Source: Candidatus Omnitrophota bacterium (lineage in GTDB: Bacteria > Omnitrophota > Gorgyraeia > JABMRG01). Taken from it: a stretch of DNA of 64,000 nucleotides. Positions 50,870 through 61,094 of the stretch are shown in pieces (within the stretch, counting starts at the first letter, position 1; each line of letters opens with the position of its first letter). The DNA is taken from the NCBI GenBank assembly GCA_028716165.1, contig JAQUQI010000003.1, positions 55,966 to 119,965 of the forward strand, read 5' to 3'. The notes beneath the pieces were generated by a model. That model searched no databases. It saw only the letters and a list, made by a program, of their open reading frames with translations, and had not been told where the DNA came from. The position numbers and the translations under genes are program-made.

Positions 50870-51681
50870 AATTCAGATTGCTCGGTTCTGTATTATGGGC
50901 GCTCTGCCTGTGGGCGGTGGTTTTTTTATCGCCGGCATGGGTATTGGCGCTTTCGGTAACTATTATAATAGGGATAGGGCTTTATGAATTTTATGCCATG
51001 GTTTCAAAAAAAGGCATACCGGTTTACAGGTATTTTGGTATTATCACAGGCTGTCTGATACCCCTTACCACCTATTTGCGGCTGTCGCCGACCGCTGAAA
51101 TGGAATTTATACTGATAACAACCGTCTGCCTTTGCGTATTTCTTCTTCAGCTTACAAGGCGTAATACCGAGCAGGCTCTTACCGGTATTGCCACTACAAT
51201 ATTAGGCATATTTTATGTCAGCTGGATGTTCTCTTATACGGTCAAACTGCGTGTTATGCCGCCGCTTAATATGGACGGCAGGCTGGTCGTATTATTTTTG
51301 ATTATTATTACTAAGGCGGGAGACGTCGGCGCTTATGTTATAGGGACGCTTTTCGGCAGGCATCAGCTTATACCCCGCATAAGCCCAAAGAAGACTGTGG
51401 AAGGGACTGTCTCGGCGCTGGTCGTCAGTTTTTTTGCGGCGGTCTTTTTTAGATGGATGCTGCCGGCTGTATCCATGGGCCATATTTTTACAATCGGGTT
51501 TTTATTAAGCCTTACAGGGCAGGTCGGCGACCTCTCCGAATCGCTGATAAAAAGAGATTGCAAGGTCAAGGATTCCGGCACCTTGTGGCCGGGCCTGGGC
51601 GGCATGCTTGATATGATAGATAGTATTATTTTTACCGCGCCGATACTTTATTTTTATTTACGGCTTATTCCCCACAATTAA
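50863..51681 (+). CDS. cdsA: phosphatidate cytidylyltransferase
   Basis: Polytopic membrane protein with a C-terminal CdsA signature (…GLGGMLDMIDSIIF…); start taken at ATG 50863 overlapping the uppS stop. Confidence 0.85.
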   Translation: MLKFRLLGSVLWALCLWAVVFLSPAWVLALSVTIIIGIGLYEFYAMVSKKGIPVYRYFGIITGCLIPLTTYLRLSPTAEMEFILITTVCLCVFLLQLTRRNTEQALTGIATTILGIFYVSWMFSYTVKLRVMPPLNMDGRLVVLFLIIITKAGDVGAYVIGTLFGRHQLIPRISPKKTVEGTVSALVVSFFAAVFFRWMLPAVSMGHIFTIGFLLSLTGQVGDLSESLIKRDCKVKDSGTLWPGLGGMLDMIDSIIFTAPILYFYLRLIPHN

Positions 51682-51689
51682 ACGATGCT

Positions 51690-52865
51690 ATGGACAAAAG
51701 AGAGATAAAAAGAGTCGCAGTATTCGGTTCAACAGGCTCTATAGGTATTAACGCGTTGAAGGTAATCGCGGCCTTTCCCGGCAGGTTTCAGGTTGCCGCG
51801 CTTTCCTCTTTTTCCAATATAAAACTTTTGGAAAAGCAGATAAAGGAATTCAGCCCCCTGATGGCGGCCATAGCGCGCCCTGGCCTGGCACTAAAGGCCG
51901 GACGCGGGCTTTCGTCTAAAGGCGTAAAGATATATGGCCCCGAAGGCCTTAATATTATAGCCGAAGACGATAGAATAGACATCGTTGTAATGGCCGTATC
52001 CGGTTTTGCCGCTATATATCCGCTTATCAGTGCCATAAAAAAGGGTAAGCACATATGCCTTGCGAACAAGGAATCTATCGTCGCGGCGGGAGATATTATT
52101 ATGGGGCTTGTCAAAAAGCATAATGCCCTGTTGATACCCGTTGACAGCGAGCACAACGCGATATTCCAGTGCCTGCATTCAGGCCCCGCAGGCAGGATAA
52201 ACAGGCTTTATATCACAGGCAGCGGAGGCCCTCTGCGGCGTGTTGACGAAAAAAAATTTCCAGCTCTAAGCGTAAAACAAGTACTCAATCACCCCAGATG
52301 GAAGATGGGCAAAAAGATAACAGTTGATTCGGCCACGCTTATGAACAAGGGACTGGAGATAATTGAGGCGCGGCATCTTTTCGGCGTGCCCATAGATAAG
52401 ATAAAATTGCTTATCCATCCCGAAGCTGTTATACACTCCATGTGCGAATTTGTTGACGGAAGCATAATAGCGCAGTTGGGTGTCACGGACATGAAACTGC
52501 CGATTCAATACGCCTTGACATATCCTGATAGATTGGATACGCCGTTTGCCAGGCTGGATCTTTTGGATATAAAAAACCTGGCCGTTATGAAGGCTGATAC
52601 GTTGAAATTCCCATGCCTTACGATTGCCCTGGCCGCGGCAAGGCTTGCGGGCACAGCGCCAGCGGTTTTGAATGCGGCGGATGAGATTGCCGTTAAAGCG
52701 TTTTTAGATGAGAAAATTTCTTTTACCCGTATACCCGGTATTATTGAGGACGTCTTGAGGGCGCACAGATTTGTATCAACACCGTCAATAGAGCAGATAT
52801 TTGAAGCTGACCTTTGGGCGAGAGAAAAGGCGGGGTGCATCGTAAGCAGTCTTGGTCGGCCATGA
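51690..52865 (+). CDS. dxr: 1-deoxy-D-xylulose 5-phosphate reductoisomerase
   Basis: NADPH motif VFGSTGSIG, LANKESIV, and the NHPRWKMGKKITVDSATLMNKGLE substrate-binding region. Confidence 0.95.
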   Translation: MDKREIKRVAVFGSTGSIGINALKVIAAFPGRFQVAALSSFSNIKLLEKQIKEFSPLMAAIARPGLALKAGRGLSSKGVKIYGPEGLNIIAEDDRIDIVVMAVSGFAAIYPLISAIKKGKHICLANKESIVAAGDIIMGLVKKHNALLIPVDSEHNAIFQCLHSGPAGRINRLYITGSGGPLRRVDEKKFPALSVKQVLNHPRWKMGKKITVDSATLMNKGLEIIEARHLFGVPIDKIKLLIHPEAVIHSMCEFVDGSIIAQLGVTDMKLPIQYALTYPDRLDTPFARLDLLDIKNLAVMKADTLKFPCLTIALAAARLAGTAPAVLNAADEIAVKAFLDEKISFTRIPGIIEDVLRAHRFVSTPSIEQIFEADLWAREKAGCIVSSLGRP

Positions 52866-52971
52866 CCGGTAATTACGCGTTTTTTTAGGTATGACCCTGA
52901 TTGCATATATTACACGGATCCTGTGACGGTCCTGGATATTAATTACGGCCGGTCAGTCAAAAAGGAGGAAC

Positions 52972-54018
52972 ATGTTTAGTTTTATTATTACGGGCATTGC
53001 GGTCATGGCGGTTTTCAGCATAGTAATTCTTGTGCATGAATGCGGACATTTTTTCATGGCAAGACGCATGGGGGTTAGGGTGGAGAGGTTTGCCTTAGGC
53101 CTTGGCAGGGTATTGGTCTCAAGAAAGGTCAAAGGCACGGAGTATGCCCTATGCGCCATACCTTTTGGCGGTTACGTAAAAATGGCAGGTGATGAGCCCA
53201 GCAGTGAAGTCTTAAAAGAAAACTATAAGTATTTTGGGCAGGCGCCTGGCAGAAGGTTCTGGATAATTTTTGCCGGAGCGGGCCTCAATTATCTTTTGGC
53301 ATATGTTATTTTTTGTTTTGTCGCGCCGGCGGCGAGGATAGGCCTTGTCGTAAAGGACATGCCCGCGTATAAAGCCGGCATAGAATCGGGCGATAGGATA
53401 TTATCGGTAAACAATAATCGCACGGAATACTGGCATCAGGTCATTGATATGATCTCGTCAAATCACAGCGCCGCTCCCCTTAGCATACAGCTTGAAAGAA
53501 ACGGCCGGGTCTTTGAGGCTGTGGTAGTGCCTGAAATCGCCGGAGAAGGCGATTCCGGCAAAATTCAAAAAATCGGGATAAGTTCTTACGGCGATATCCG
53601 TTTTCTAAAAGCGCCTGCCGCGCAATATATACTGACAGGCATGAGACAGACCTTATCCAATACGGTTTTGACATACAGGTTTATCTGGTATCTTATTACG
53701 GGCAAGGTGGCTTTAAAAGGCTCCGCGACAGGGCCTGTCGGCATCGCGGTTATTATCGGCCGGGCCATTCATGTCGGAATGGCTTATCTGTTATATCTTA
53801 TAGCCCATATCAATCTCGCGCTCGCGATATTTAACCTCCTTCCGTTTCCTGTTCTGGACGGCGGCCACATATTACTGCTTGGCATTGAAAAAATAAGAAA
53901 AAGGCCTGTCAGCGTAAGGGTGCAGGAGTTTATCCAGTATGCGGCTATTTTCCTAATTATATTATTGTTCGCCACGGTTACATGGAATGATATTACCACA
54001 TGGATAATTAAAAAATGA
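52972..54018 (+). CDS. rseP: RIP zinc metalloprotease RseP (site-2 protease)
   Basis: HExxH motif HECGHF in the first TM helix, PDZ domain and C-terminal LDGG motif. Confidence 0.85.
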   Translation: MFSFIITGIAVMAVFSIVILVHECGHFFMARRMGVRVERFALGLGRVLVSRKVKGTEYALCAIPFGGYVKMAGDEPSSEVLKENYKYFGQAPGRRFWIIFAGAGLNYLLAYVIFCFVAPAARIGLVVKDMPAYKAGIESGDRILSVNNNRTEYWHQVIDMISSNHSAAPLSIQLERNGRVFEAVVVPEIAGEGDSGKIQKIGISSYGDIRFLKAPAAQYILTGMRQTLSNTVLTYRFIWYLITGKVALKGSATGPVGIAVIIGRAIHVGMAYLLYLIAHINLALAIFNLLPFPVLDGGHILLLGIEKIRKRPVSVRVQEFIQYAAIFLIILLFATVTWNDITTWIIKK

Positions 54019-55076
54019 GAAGAAGGCCGGCAAGGCAGATAAAATTAGGCAATGTGAAAATAGGCGCCAATGCCCCTGTGTCCATACAGTCAATGACAAA
54101 TACGGACACCAAAGATATTGTTTCAACCGTCAGGCAGATAAAACGCCTTGAAAAAGCCGGCTGTGAGATAATAAGGGTCGCTGTAAGAGATGATGCCTCG
54201 GCCTCGGCTGTCAGAAAGATCAGGCCGGCAATATCAATACCCCTTGAGGCCGATATACATTTTGACCACAGGCTGGCTTTAAAGTCTGTTGAGTCCGGAG
54301 CTGACGGTATAAGGCTTAATCCAGGCAATATCCGCGTCCCGCGGCATATAAGGCTTGTGATGGATGCCTGTAAAGAACGCAATATACCGATAAGGATAGG
54401 CGCCAATTCCGGATCTGTGGCAGGCAGATACAGGGCCTTGGGCGAAAAGGCCCACGCGGCCGGCATGGTAAAGAGCGTAATGGATTATATCAAGATATTT
54501 GAAAAGAATAAATTTTTTGATATCATGATATCGCTTAAGTCCTCAAGCGTTATTTCCACGATTTATGCCTATAGACAGATAGCTTCATTGTGCAATTATC
54601 CCCTGCACATCGGGGTTACAGCTACAGGGTGCGGCGAAGAAGCCATAATAAAATCCGCTATAGGTATCGGTAGCCTGCTCTCGGAAGGGATAGGCGATAC
54701 GATAAGAGTTTCTTTGACAGGCAGGCCTGAAGACGAGGTAATTGCCGCCAGGCATATATTGCAGGCTCTTAAATTACGGAGTTTTTATCATGAATTGATA
54801 TCTTGCCCCACATGCGGCCGCTGCCAGGTTGACCTGGAAGGCATAGTTAAGCGCGTCAAGCGGAAATTATATGCCATGCCCGCCAGCGCGCGCGGAAACC
54901 GGTTTCTTACAGCCGCTGTTATGGGTTGCGAAGTAAACGGCCCGGGAGAAGCGAAGACGGCCGATGTCGGTATTGCATTTGGCAGAGATTCTGGTATACT
55001 GTTTAGAAAGTCAAAGATTATAAAAAAAATAAGCGCGAAAAACGCGGTCAAGGAGTTGATAGATGCTTTATTCTAA
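54015..55076 (+). CDS. ispG: 4-hydroxy-3-methylbut-2-en-1-yl diphosphate synthase
   Basis: GcpE TIM barrel (VSIQSMTNTDT) and C-terminal 4Fe-4S Cys ligands (CPTCGRC); ATGA overlap with rseP. Confidence 0.95.
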   Translation: MRRRPARQIKLGNVKIGANAPVSIQSMTNTDTKDIVSTVRQIKRLEKAGCEIIRVAVRDDASASAVRKIRPAISIPLEADIHFDHRLALKSVESGADGIRLNPGNIRVPRHIRLVMDACKERNIPIRIGANSGSVAGRYRALGEKAHAAGMVKSVMDYIKIFEKNKFFDIMISLKSSSVISTIYAYRQIASLCNYPLHIGVTATGCGEEAIIKSAIGIGSLLSEGIGDTIRVSLTGRPEDEVIAARHILQALKLRSFYHELISCPTCGRCQVDLEGIVKRVKRKLYAMPASARGNRFLTAAVMGCEVNGPGEAKTADVGIAFGRDSGILFRKSKIIKKISAKNAVKELIDALF

Positions 55077-56823
55077 GTCTTTTATCCCGACCCTTAAAGA
55101 AGATCCTGCCGATGCTGAAGCAATAAGCAATAAGCTTATGATCAGGGCGGGGCTGATACGCAAGCTTGCCGCGGGCATCTATTCATATCTTCCTCTCGGG
55201 CTAAGGACGCTTAGAAAAATAGAAAATATTGTGCGTGAGGAAATGGATTCTTCCGGGGCATTGGAGGTGCTTATGCCGGCATTGCATCCGGCGCAGTTAT
55301 GGCATGAAACAGGCAGGTATGACATTATCGGAGATGAATTATTTAAATTTAATGACCGGACCGGCAAGCAGATGGTTATAGGCCCTACCCACGAAGAGGT
55401 CATTACCGATATAGCCAGGAACAACCTGCGCTCATACAAAGACCTACCCAAGATCATATATCAAATACAGACAAAATTACGCGATGAGCCCAGGCCGAGA
55501 TTCGGCGTAATACGCAGTAAAGAATTTATCATGAAAGACGCCTACAGCTTTGACTGCACATGGCAAGGGCTTAATCAAAATTACGATATTATGTTTCAAG
55601 CTTATAAACGGATATTCGCCAGGTGCGGGCTTGACGCTGTTGCCGTAGAGGCTGATTCAGGCTTTATGGGTGGTAATGAGTCGGCAGAGTTTATGATATT
55701 ATCTGAAAGCGGCGAAGATGTGGTCGTTACATGCGCGAAATGCGGTTGTAAGACAGGCTTTGCCAAGGCCCTGTGCCCGCCTCCCGGAGAAGGCCTTAAC
55801 GGGCCGGCGGCTCATACGGATATCCGCGGTAAAGATATGTGCCGGAACGCGTCCGGCCAGCCGGAAATAGAAGAGGTGCCCACCCCGGGTATATCCACTA
55901 TTGATAAGGTTTCTGAAGCCTTGAAACGCAGTCCAAAGGATATTATCAAGACGCTTATTTATGTCTCCGATAAGAAACCCATAGCTGTATTGATTAGAGG
56001 CGACCACGAAGTTAATGAATCAAAGCTCGCCGCCTGCCTTAAGTCGGGTGAACTTGCGCTGGCAGGAAAAGATGTTATTGAGAATATCACCGGCGCGCCC
56101 GTGGGTTTTTCAGGCCCCTGCGGATTAAGAGGCGTGGATATAATAATAGATCATGCGGTAAAAACCGTTATTAACGGCGCGGCGGGCGCTAACAAAAAAG
56201 ATACCCATATTATTAATGTGGTTCCCGGCAGAGACTTTGACGTTTCAAAGACATTTGACATACGCTATGTTACCGCCGAGGACAGGTGTTTGAAATGTTC
56301 CGGCGCGATAGAGCTAAAAAAGGCCATAGAGATAGGCCACGTATTTAAACTTGGCACAAAATATTCCGATGCCATGAAAGCGGGGTTTCTTGATTCTTGC
56401 GGCAGTCAAAAGCCTTTCATAATGGGTTGTTACGGTATTGGTATAAACAGGATAATGGCCTCCGCCATAGAACAGAATAATGATAAGGACGGTATCATAT
56501 GGCCCTTATCCATCGCGCCGTATAGTATTACGATTTTATGCCTGAACGCGCGTGATGAAAATACTTTACAGGCCGCCAAAAAGATTTATCTCCTGATGGC
56601 CGCCTCCGGCATGGATGTTCTTATGGATGACAGGGATATAAGCCCTGGTATCAAGTTTAAAGACGCGGATTTATCCGGCATACCTATACAGGTCATTGTA
56701 GGCCCTAAAGGCCTTGCCTGTTCAAGGGTTGAGGTAAAGATAAGAAAAACGGGCGCCAGAACAGAGGTCGCCTTAGACGATATTGTGAATTACGCGCAAG
56801 GCCTTTTACGCGCGCGCGTATAA
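55063..56823 (+). CDS. proS: prolyl-tRNA synthetase (bacterial type with INS editing domain)
   Basis: Class II aaRS motifs, 586 aa with an inserted editing domain and a C-terminal anticodon-binding domain. Confidence 0.95.
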   Translation: MLYSKSFIPTLKEDPADAEAISNKLMIRAGLIRKLAAGIYSYLPLGLRTLRKIENIVREEMDSSGALEVLMPALHPAQLWHETGRYDIIGDELFKFNDRTGKQMVIGPTHEEVITDIARNNLRSYKDLPKIIYQIQTKLRDEPRPRFGVIRSKEFIMKDAYSFDCTWQGLNQNYDIMFQAYKRIFARCGLDAVAVEADSGFMGGNESAEFMILSESGEDVVVTCAKCGCKTGFAKALCPPPGEGLNGPAAHTDIRGKDMCRNASGQPEIEEVPTPGISTIDKVSEALKRSPKDIIKTLIYVSDKKPIAVLIRGDHEVNESKLAACLKSGELALAGKDVIENITGAPVGFSGPCGLRGVDIIIDHAVKTVINGAAGANKKDTHIINVVPGRDFDVSKTFDIRYVTAEDRCLKCSGAIELKKAIEIGHVFKLGTKYSDAMKAGFLDSCGSQKPFIMGCYGIGINRIMASAIEQNNDKDGIIWPLSIAPYSITILCLNARDENTLQAAKKIYLLMAASGMDVLMDDRDISPGIKFKDADLSGIPIQVIVGPKGLACSRVEVKIRKTGARTEVALDDIVNYAQGLLRARV

Positions 56824-57014
56824 TCTCGCATCTTTTCCTGCGTATTTTTTGTCAGATCCTGTATTATCTGCCGTGGCCGCGCGTTTGGCAATGAAACTAC
56901 TCGCGTTCTACCGTTTTTTAAGTTTAGTCCGCGGGAATCTATTACGTGCAAGCCGCATCCGGGCCGTAAAAAAATATATTTCTAATTTACGCTTGACAGT
57001 TAAAGAAAAAAAGC

Positions 57015-57043
57015 TTGACAGGATAAAGGGTATGTAATATAAT
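57015..57043 (+). promoter_or_regulatory. sigma70-type promoter, exact consensus TTGACA-N17-TATAAT, upstream of rimP-nusA-infB
   Basis: TTGACA 57015-57020, 17-nt spacer, TATAAT 57038-57043; a second TTGACA lies 22 nt further upstream (56993-56998); sits in the 292-nt proS-rimP gap. Confidence 0.6.
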
Positions 57044-57115
57044 TTTTATACAAAATCTATTTGTGAAAGGAGAATTTTAAGTGGGTTGACGTAAGTTTAC
57101 CCGCTTTTTTATTGT

Positions 57116-57589
57116 ATGACATTTGATAACCGTATAATAGATAGTATTAAAGGCCTGACAGGCCCTGTAGCAGAGCAGGCCGGCGCCAAGATTTATGACA
57201 TAAGCCTTAAAAGGGTAAACGGCCGCAGCGCTCTTACGGTATTGGTTGATAAACAGGGCGGCATATCATTAGATGAATGCGCTCTCATAAATAAGCGCTT
57301 ATCGGACATTATTGAAAATGCCGGTTTTTTTTCCGGACCATATGTTATAGAGGTGTCTTCCCCCGGCCTTGACAGGCTTCTTAAAAACCGCCGGGATTTC
57401 AATTGGGCGTTTGGCGCCAGCGTTGACATATGGTTGACCGGCAACATCAATGACCGGAATTTTATCAGCGGTATTGTGAAGAACTGCCGTGAAAATGATG
57501 TTGAAATTGAGGACAGGCACGGCAGTTGTTTTATGATACCATACGATATGATAAATAAAGCTAAAAGAAATATCCAGGCGTGCACATAG
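57116..57589 (+). CDS. rimP: ribosome maturation factor RimP
   Basis: RimP N-terminal domain signature (…SALTVLVDKQGGISLDECALINKRLSDII…GPYVIEVSSPGLDR) directly upstream of nusA. Confidence 0.85.
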   Translation: MTFDNRIIDSIKGLTGPVAEQAGAKIYDISLKRVNGRSALTVLVDKQGGISLDECALINKRLSDIIENAGFFSGPYVIEVSSPGLDRLLKNRRDFNWAFGASVDIWLTGNINDRNFISGIVKNCRENDVEIEDRHGSCFMIPYDMINKAKRNIQACT

Positions 57590-57598
57590 GAGACTTTT

Positions 57599-58750
57599 AT
57601 GAACGGAGAATTATTATCGGTATTAGAGCATATTGAGCGTGAAAAAGGCATCAGCAGGCAGATACTTATAGAGGCTGTGGAAAGCGCCCTGCTAAGCGCG
57701 GCGCGCAAGGTAATAGGCCAGAAGGATGAAGAAAATATCAGCGTTAAGATGGACCCCGAGACAGGCTCAATCAAGGTATTTGCCGCGGAAAAAGAAATAA
57801 AATCAGCCGAATTCGGCAGGATCGCGGCGCAGACTGCCAAGCAGGTGATTATACAAAAAATCAGAGAGGCTGAAAGGGATGTTATATTCGGAGAGTTTCG
57901 TGAGCGCAAAGGCACTATTGTTACAGGCGGCGTTCACAGATTTGAAAAAGGCAATATTATAGTGGATTTGGGTAAGGTTGAGGCCGTATTGCCGAGAACA
58001 GAACTTCTGCCAAGGGAAAGATATAAACAGGGCGAAAGGATAAAGGCCTATGTGACTAATGTGGAAAGGACGCCAAAGGGCTCATCCATTACCCTGTCAA
58101 GAAGGGACGATGGTATGATAAAAAGGCTTTTTGAGCTTGAGATACCCGAAATAACAGACGGTATAGTTGAGATAAAATCAATCGCGCGGGAGGCCGGAGA
58201 AAGGACAAAGATCGCCGTTACGTCAAAAGACGAAAAGATAGATTCTGTCGGCGCGTGTGTCGGGATGAGAGGCCAAAGGGTAAAGAACATTGTAAATGAG
58301 CTTCAGGGTGAAAAAATAGATATAGTCAGATACAGCGACGATATAAGAGAATATATAAAAGCCGCGCTTTCGCCGGCCGAGATAGCCCAGATCAAGGTGG
58401 ACAAGGAGCTTAAGAGGGTTGAAATTGTTGTTGAAGATGACCAGCTTTCTCTGGCCATAGGCAGGCATGGACAGAATGTCAAGCTTGCCTCTAAACTCGT
58501 CGGTTATGAGATGGATGTCAAGAGCCGGTCAAACGCCGAAGACAAGGAAAGGGCGAAACGGGAGTCAGGATTATCTATCTGTGATTTGCCGGGTGTGGGC
58601 AAAAAGGCGGAAGAGTATCTTTTGGCGGCCGGTTACAAGACTATTGATGATATAGCCAAGTCTACGGTTGAGACACTGATGGAGGTCAAGGGCATTGGAA
58701 AGAAAACCGCCCAAAAGATCCTTGACTCAGCCAAGGAATATACCGAATAA
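57599..58750 (+). CDS. nusA: transcription termination/antitermination factor NusA
   Basis: NusA N-terminal domain, S1 and two KH domains (GACVGMRGQRVKNIV, AIGRHGQNVKLAS) and a single C-terminal HhH. Confidence 0.9.
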   Translation: MNGELLSVLEHIEREKGISRQILIEAVESALLSAARKVIGQKDEENISVKMDPETGSIKVFAAEKEIKSAEFGRIAAQTAKQVIIQKIREAERDVIFGEFRERKGTIVTGGVHRFEKGNIIVDLGKVEAVLPRTELLPRERYKQGERIKAYVTNVERTPKGSSITLSRRDDGMIKRLFELEIPEITDGIVEIKSIAREAGERTKIAVTSKDEKIDSVGACVGMRGQRVKNIVNELQGEKIDIVRYSDDIREYIKAALSPAEIAQIKVDKELKRVEIVVEDDQLSLAIGRHGQNVKLASKLVGYEMDVKSRSNAEDKERAKRESGLSICDLPGVGKKAEEYLLAAGYKTIDDIAKSTVETLMEVKGIGKKTAQKILDSAKEYTE

Positions 58751-58759
58751 CAGGGGGAT

Positions 58760-61078
58760 ATGTTGAAAATATCAGAGCTGGCAAAAAAACTTAAAATTCC
58801 GTCAAAGGTCTTGCTTATGCAGGTTATCAAGATGGGTATAACCGCTAAATCCGCTCAAGCTATTTTACCCCAGGCCTCTGTTGACAGGATACTGAAGGAA
58901 TATAATAAGGCCAAACTATCGGTTGATGTTGAAGCAATTGGCACGCGTCCTTCCTCTGCCCAAAAATCCAGGGCAAAATCCGTAAAAAAGCCGGCGGCCG
59001 GGAAAAAACCCGTTTCGGCCAAAACGATAAAAGCCTCCGGCATATCCGGCGCTAAAAAAGCCGACGGCACAAAGCCCAAGAAAAAGTCTGCAAAACCCGA
59101 CGAAAAACCCGTCCGGCCTGTCCGTAAAAAAGCTCAAGATAGCCGGCAGCCTTCTGTTGGGCCGACCGTATCCACCCCTGAAGAAGTAGTTTCCGCGGAT
59201 AAATTGCATGAAACGCAAAAACAAAAGCTACCGGAGCCAGGGCCTGCTGCCGTTAGGGTCGCAGAGACAAAACAGGCGGCAGACGCTATTAAGAAACCTA
59301 AGCAAGGAGCGGATGAGGGCCTTAAGCCTATCCAGGTTAAACTGCCTATTACCGTAAAAGCACTGGCCGATAAACTTTCCGTATCAGCCCCGGCTGTTAT
59401 AAAAGAGCTTATGGGTATGAAGATATTTGCCAATATAAATCAGTTGATAGATGAAGAATGCGCCGCAAGCGTTGCCAGGAAGTTCGGTTACTTTCTTGAG
59501 AGGGCTTTTAACGTTGAAGAAGAGGCAGTGGCTTTTCATGAAAGCCTGGCACAAGATAAGGGTAGTCTTATACTAAGGCCCCCTGTCGTGACATTCATGG
59601 GCCATGTTGATCACGGTAAAACATCTCTCCTTGATTATATAAGAAAAACAAAGGTTACCGATTCGGAGACAGGCGGTATCACCCAGCACATAGGCGCTTA
59701 TGAAGTAATACTGAATAGAGGCAAAATAACTTTCCTTGACACGCCCGGACACGCGGCTTTTACTGCCATGAGGGCAAGGGGCGCTAATGCTACAGATATT
59801 GTTGTTCTTGTCGTGGCCGCGGATGACGGACTTATGCCCCAGACGATAGAGGCCATAGACCATGCCAAAGCGGCGGGCGCAACTATCATAGTTGCCATAA
59901 ACAAGATTGACAAACCGGATATTGACATAGACAGGGTAAAGAAGCAATTGTCCGAGATAGGCCTTTTGCCTGAAGACTGGGGCGGTAAAACCATCACGGT
60001 CAATGTTTCGGCGCTTACAGGTAAAGGAGTAGACGCGCTTCTTGAAATGATCCTGCTTGAGGCCGAAATGCTTGAGTTGAAGGCCAACCCTGCTAAACCG
60101 GCCAAGGGTGTTGTGGTTGAGGCGAAGATATCAAAAGGCGGCGGGCCGATAGCGACAGTCCTTGTGCAAAACGGCACGCTAAAGCAAGGAGATATTATAG
60201 TCGCCGGTATTTACTACGGAAAGATAAGGGCTATTTTAGATGATAAGATACACCGCATAAAGGACGCCCTGCCTTCAAAGCCTGCCGAAATATTGGGCTT
60301 GAACGGTGTGCCGCAGGCCGGAGATGTGTTTATGGCCGTTTCGGATGAGAAACAGGCCAAGCAGATATGCGCTATACGCCAGGAAAAATTCAAAGAACAG
60401 TCCCGTTGCGTGGTCCAGAGGATTACTCTTGAAGACCTGTATTCACAGATGCAGAAGGGCAGGGTAAAAGAGCTTAAGGTAATACTCAAGGCTGATGTCA
60501 GAGGTTCGCTTGAGGCCATATCCGAGTCTCTGACAGACCTTGGGACAAAGAACATGGGGCTTAATATCATACACAAGGGTATCGGTGATATTAATGATTC
60601 CGATATATTGCTTGCGGCAGCCTCCGACGCGATTGTTATAGGTTTCCATGTCAGAAAGACCCCTGAAGCCGAACGCGCCGGCAAACAGGAACACATTGAT
60701 ATAAGGCTTTATAATATTATTTACGAGGCAATATCCGATATCAAATCAGCCATGGAGGGCTTGCTTGAGCCCGATATAAAAGAGATATTTACGGCCAGGA
60801 TTTTGGTAATGCAGGTGATGAAGCTTTCAAAGGCAGGTATTATAGCAGGTTCATCTGTCCAGAAAGGCAAGGTATTAAGAAATGTCAGGTGCCGGCTTAT
60901 CAGGGACAATCAGATAATATATAAAGGCAGGATATCTTCCCTGAAACGGTTTAAAGATGATGTCAGAGAAGTGGCCGAAGGTTTTGAATGCGGCGTTAAG
61001 CTGGAAAATTTTAATGATATTAAGGACGGCGATATCATAGAGTGCTTTGAGATAGAAAAGATCGCCAGAAGGCTTTAA
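58760..61078 (+). CDS. infB: translation initiation factor IF-2
   Basis: Lys/Pro/Ala-rich N-terminal region, GTPase domain (GHVDHGKTS, DTPGH, NKID) and C-terminal beta-barrel domains; 772 aa. Confidence 0.95.
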   Translation: MLKISELAKKLKIPSKVLLMQVIKMGITAKSAQAILPQASVDRILKEYNKAKLSVDVEAIGTRPSSAQKSRAKSVKKPAAGKKPVSAKTIKASGISGAKKADGTKPKKKSAKPDEKPVRPVRKKAQDSRQPSVGPTVSTPEEVVSADKLHETQKQKLPEPGPAAVRVAETKQAADAIKKPKQGADEGLKPIQVKLPITVKALADKLSVSAPAVIKELMGMKIFANINQLIDEECAASVARKFGYFLERAFNVEEEAVAFHESLAQDKGSLILRPPVVTFMGHVDHGKTSLLDYIRKTKVTDSETGGITQHIGAYEVILNRGKITFLDTPGHAAFTAMRARGANATDIVVLVVAADDGLMPQTIEAIDHAKAAGATIIVAINKIDKPDIDIDRVKKQLSEIGLLPEDWGGKTITVNVSALTGKGVDALLEMILLEAEMLELKANPAKPAKGVVVEAKISKGGGPIATVLVQNGTLKQGDIIVAGIYYGKIRAILDDKIHRIKDALPSKPAEILGLNGVPQAGDVFMAVSDEKQAKQICAIRQEKFKEQSRCVVQRITLEDLYSQMQKGRVKELKVILKADVRGSLEAISESLTDLGTKNMGLNIIHKGIGDINDSDILLAAASDAIVIGFHVRKTPEAERAGKQEHIDIRLYNIIYEAISDIKSAMEGLLEPDIKEIFTARILVMQVMKLSKAGIIAGSSVQKGKVLRNVRCRLIRDNQIIYKGRISSLKRFKDDVREVAEGFECGVKLENFNDIKDGDIIECFEIEKIARRL

Positions 61079-61094
61079 GGGCCTGTTTATCTAT

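Noticed and set aside
56849-57037. 62-aa plus-strand ORF in the proS-rimP intergenic region
   Set aside because: Starts at a non-ATG codon, has no RBS, and overlaps the strong promoter for rimP; more likely non-coding leader/promoter DNA.
57193-57915. 240-aa minus-strand ORF
   Set aside because: Lies entirely within rimP/nusA coding sequence on the opposite strand, has a low-complexity Ser/Leu-rich translation and no motifs; typical antisense shadow ORF.
58950-59300. Lys/Pro/Ala-rich repetitive stretch
   Set aside because: This is the normal low-complexity N-terminal linker of IF-2, not a tandem DNA repeat or mobile element.
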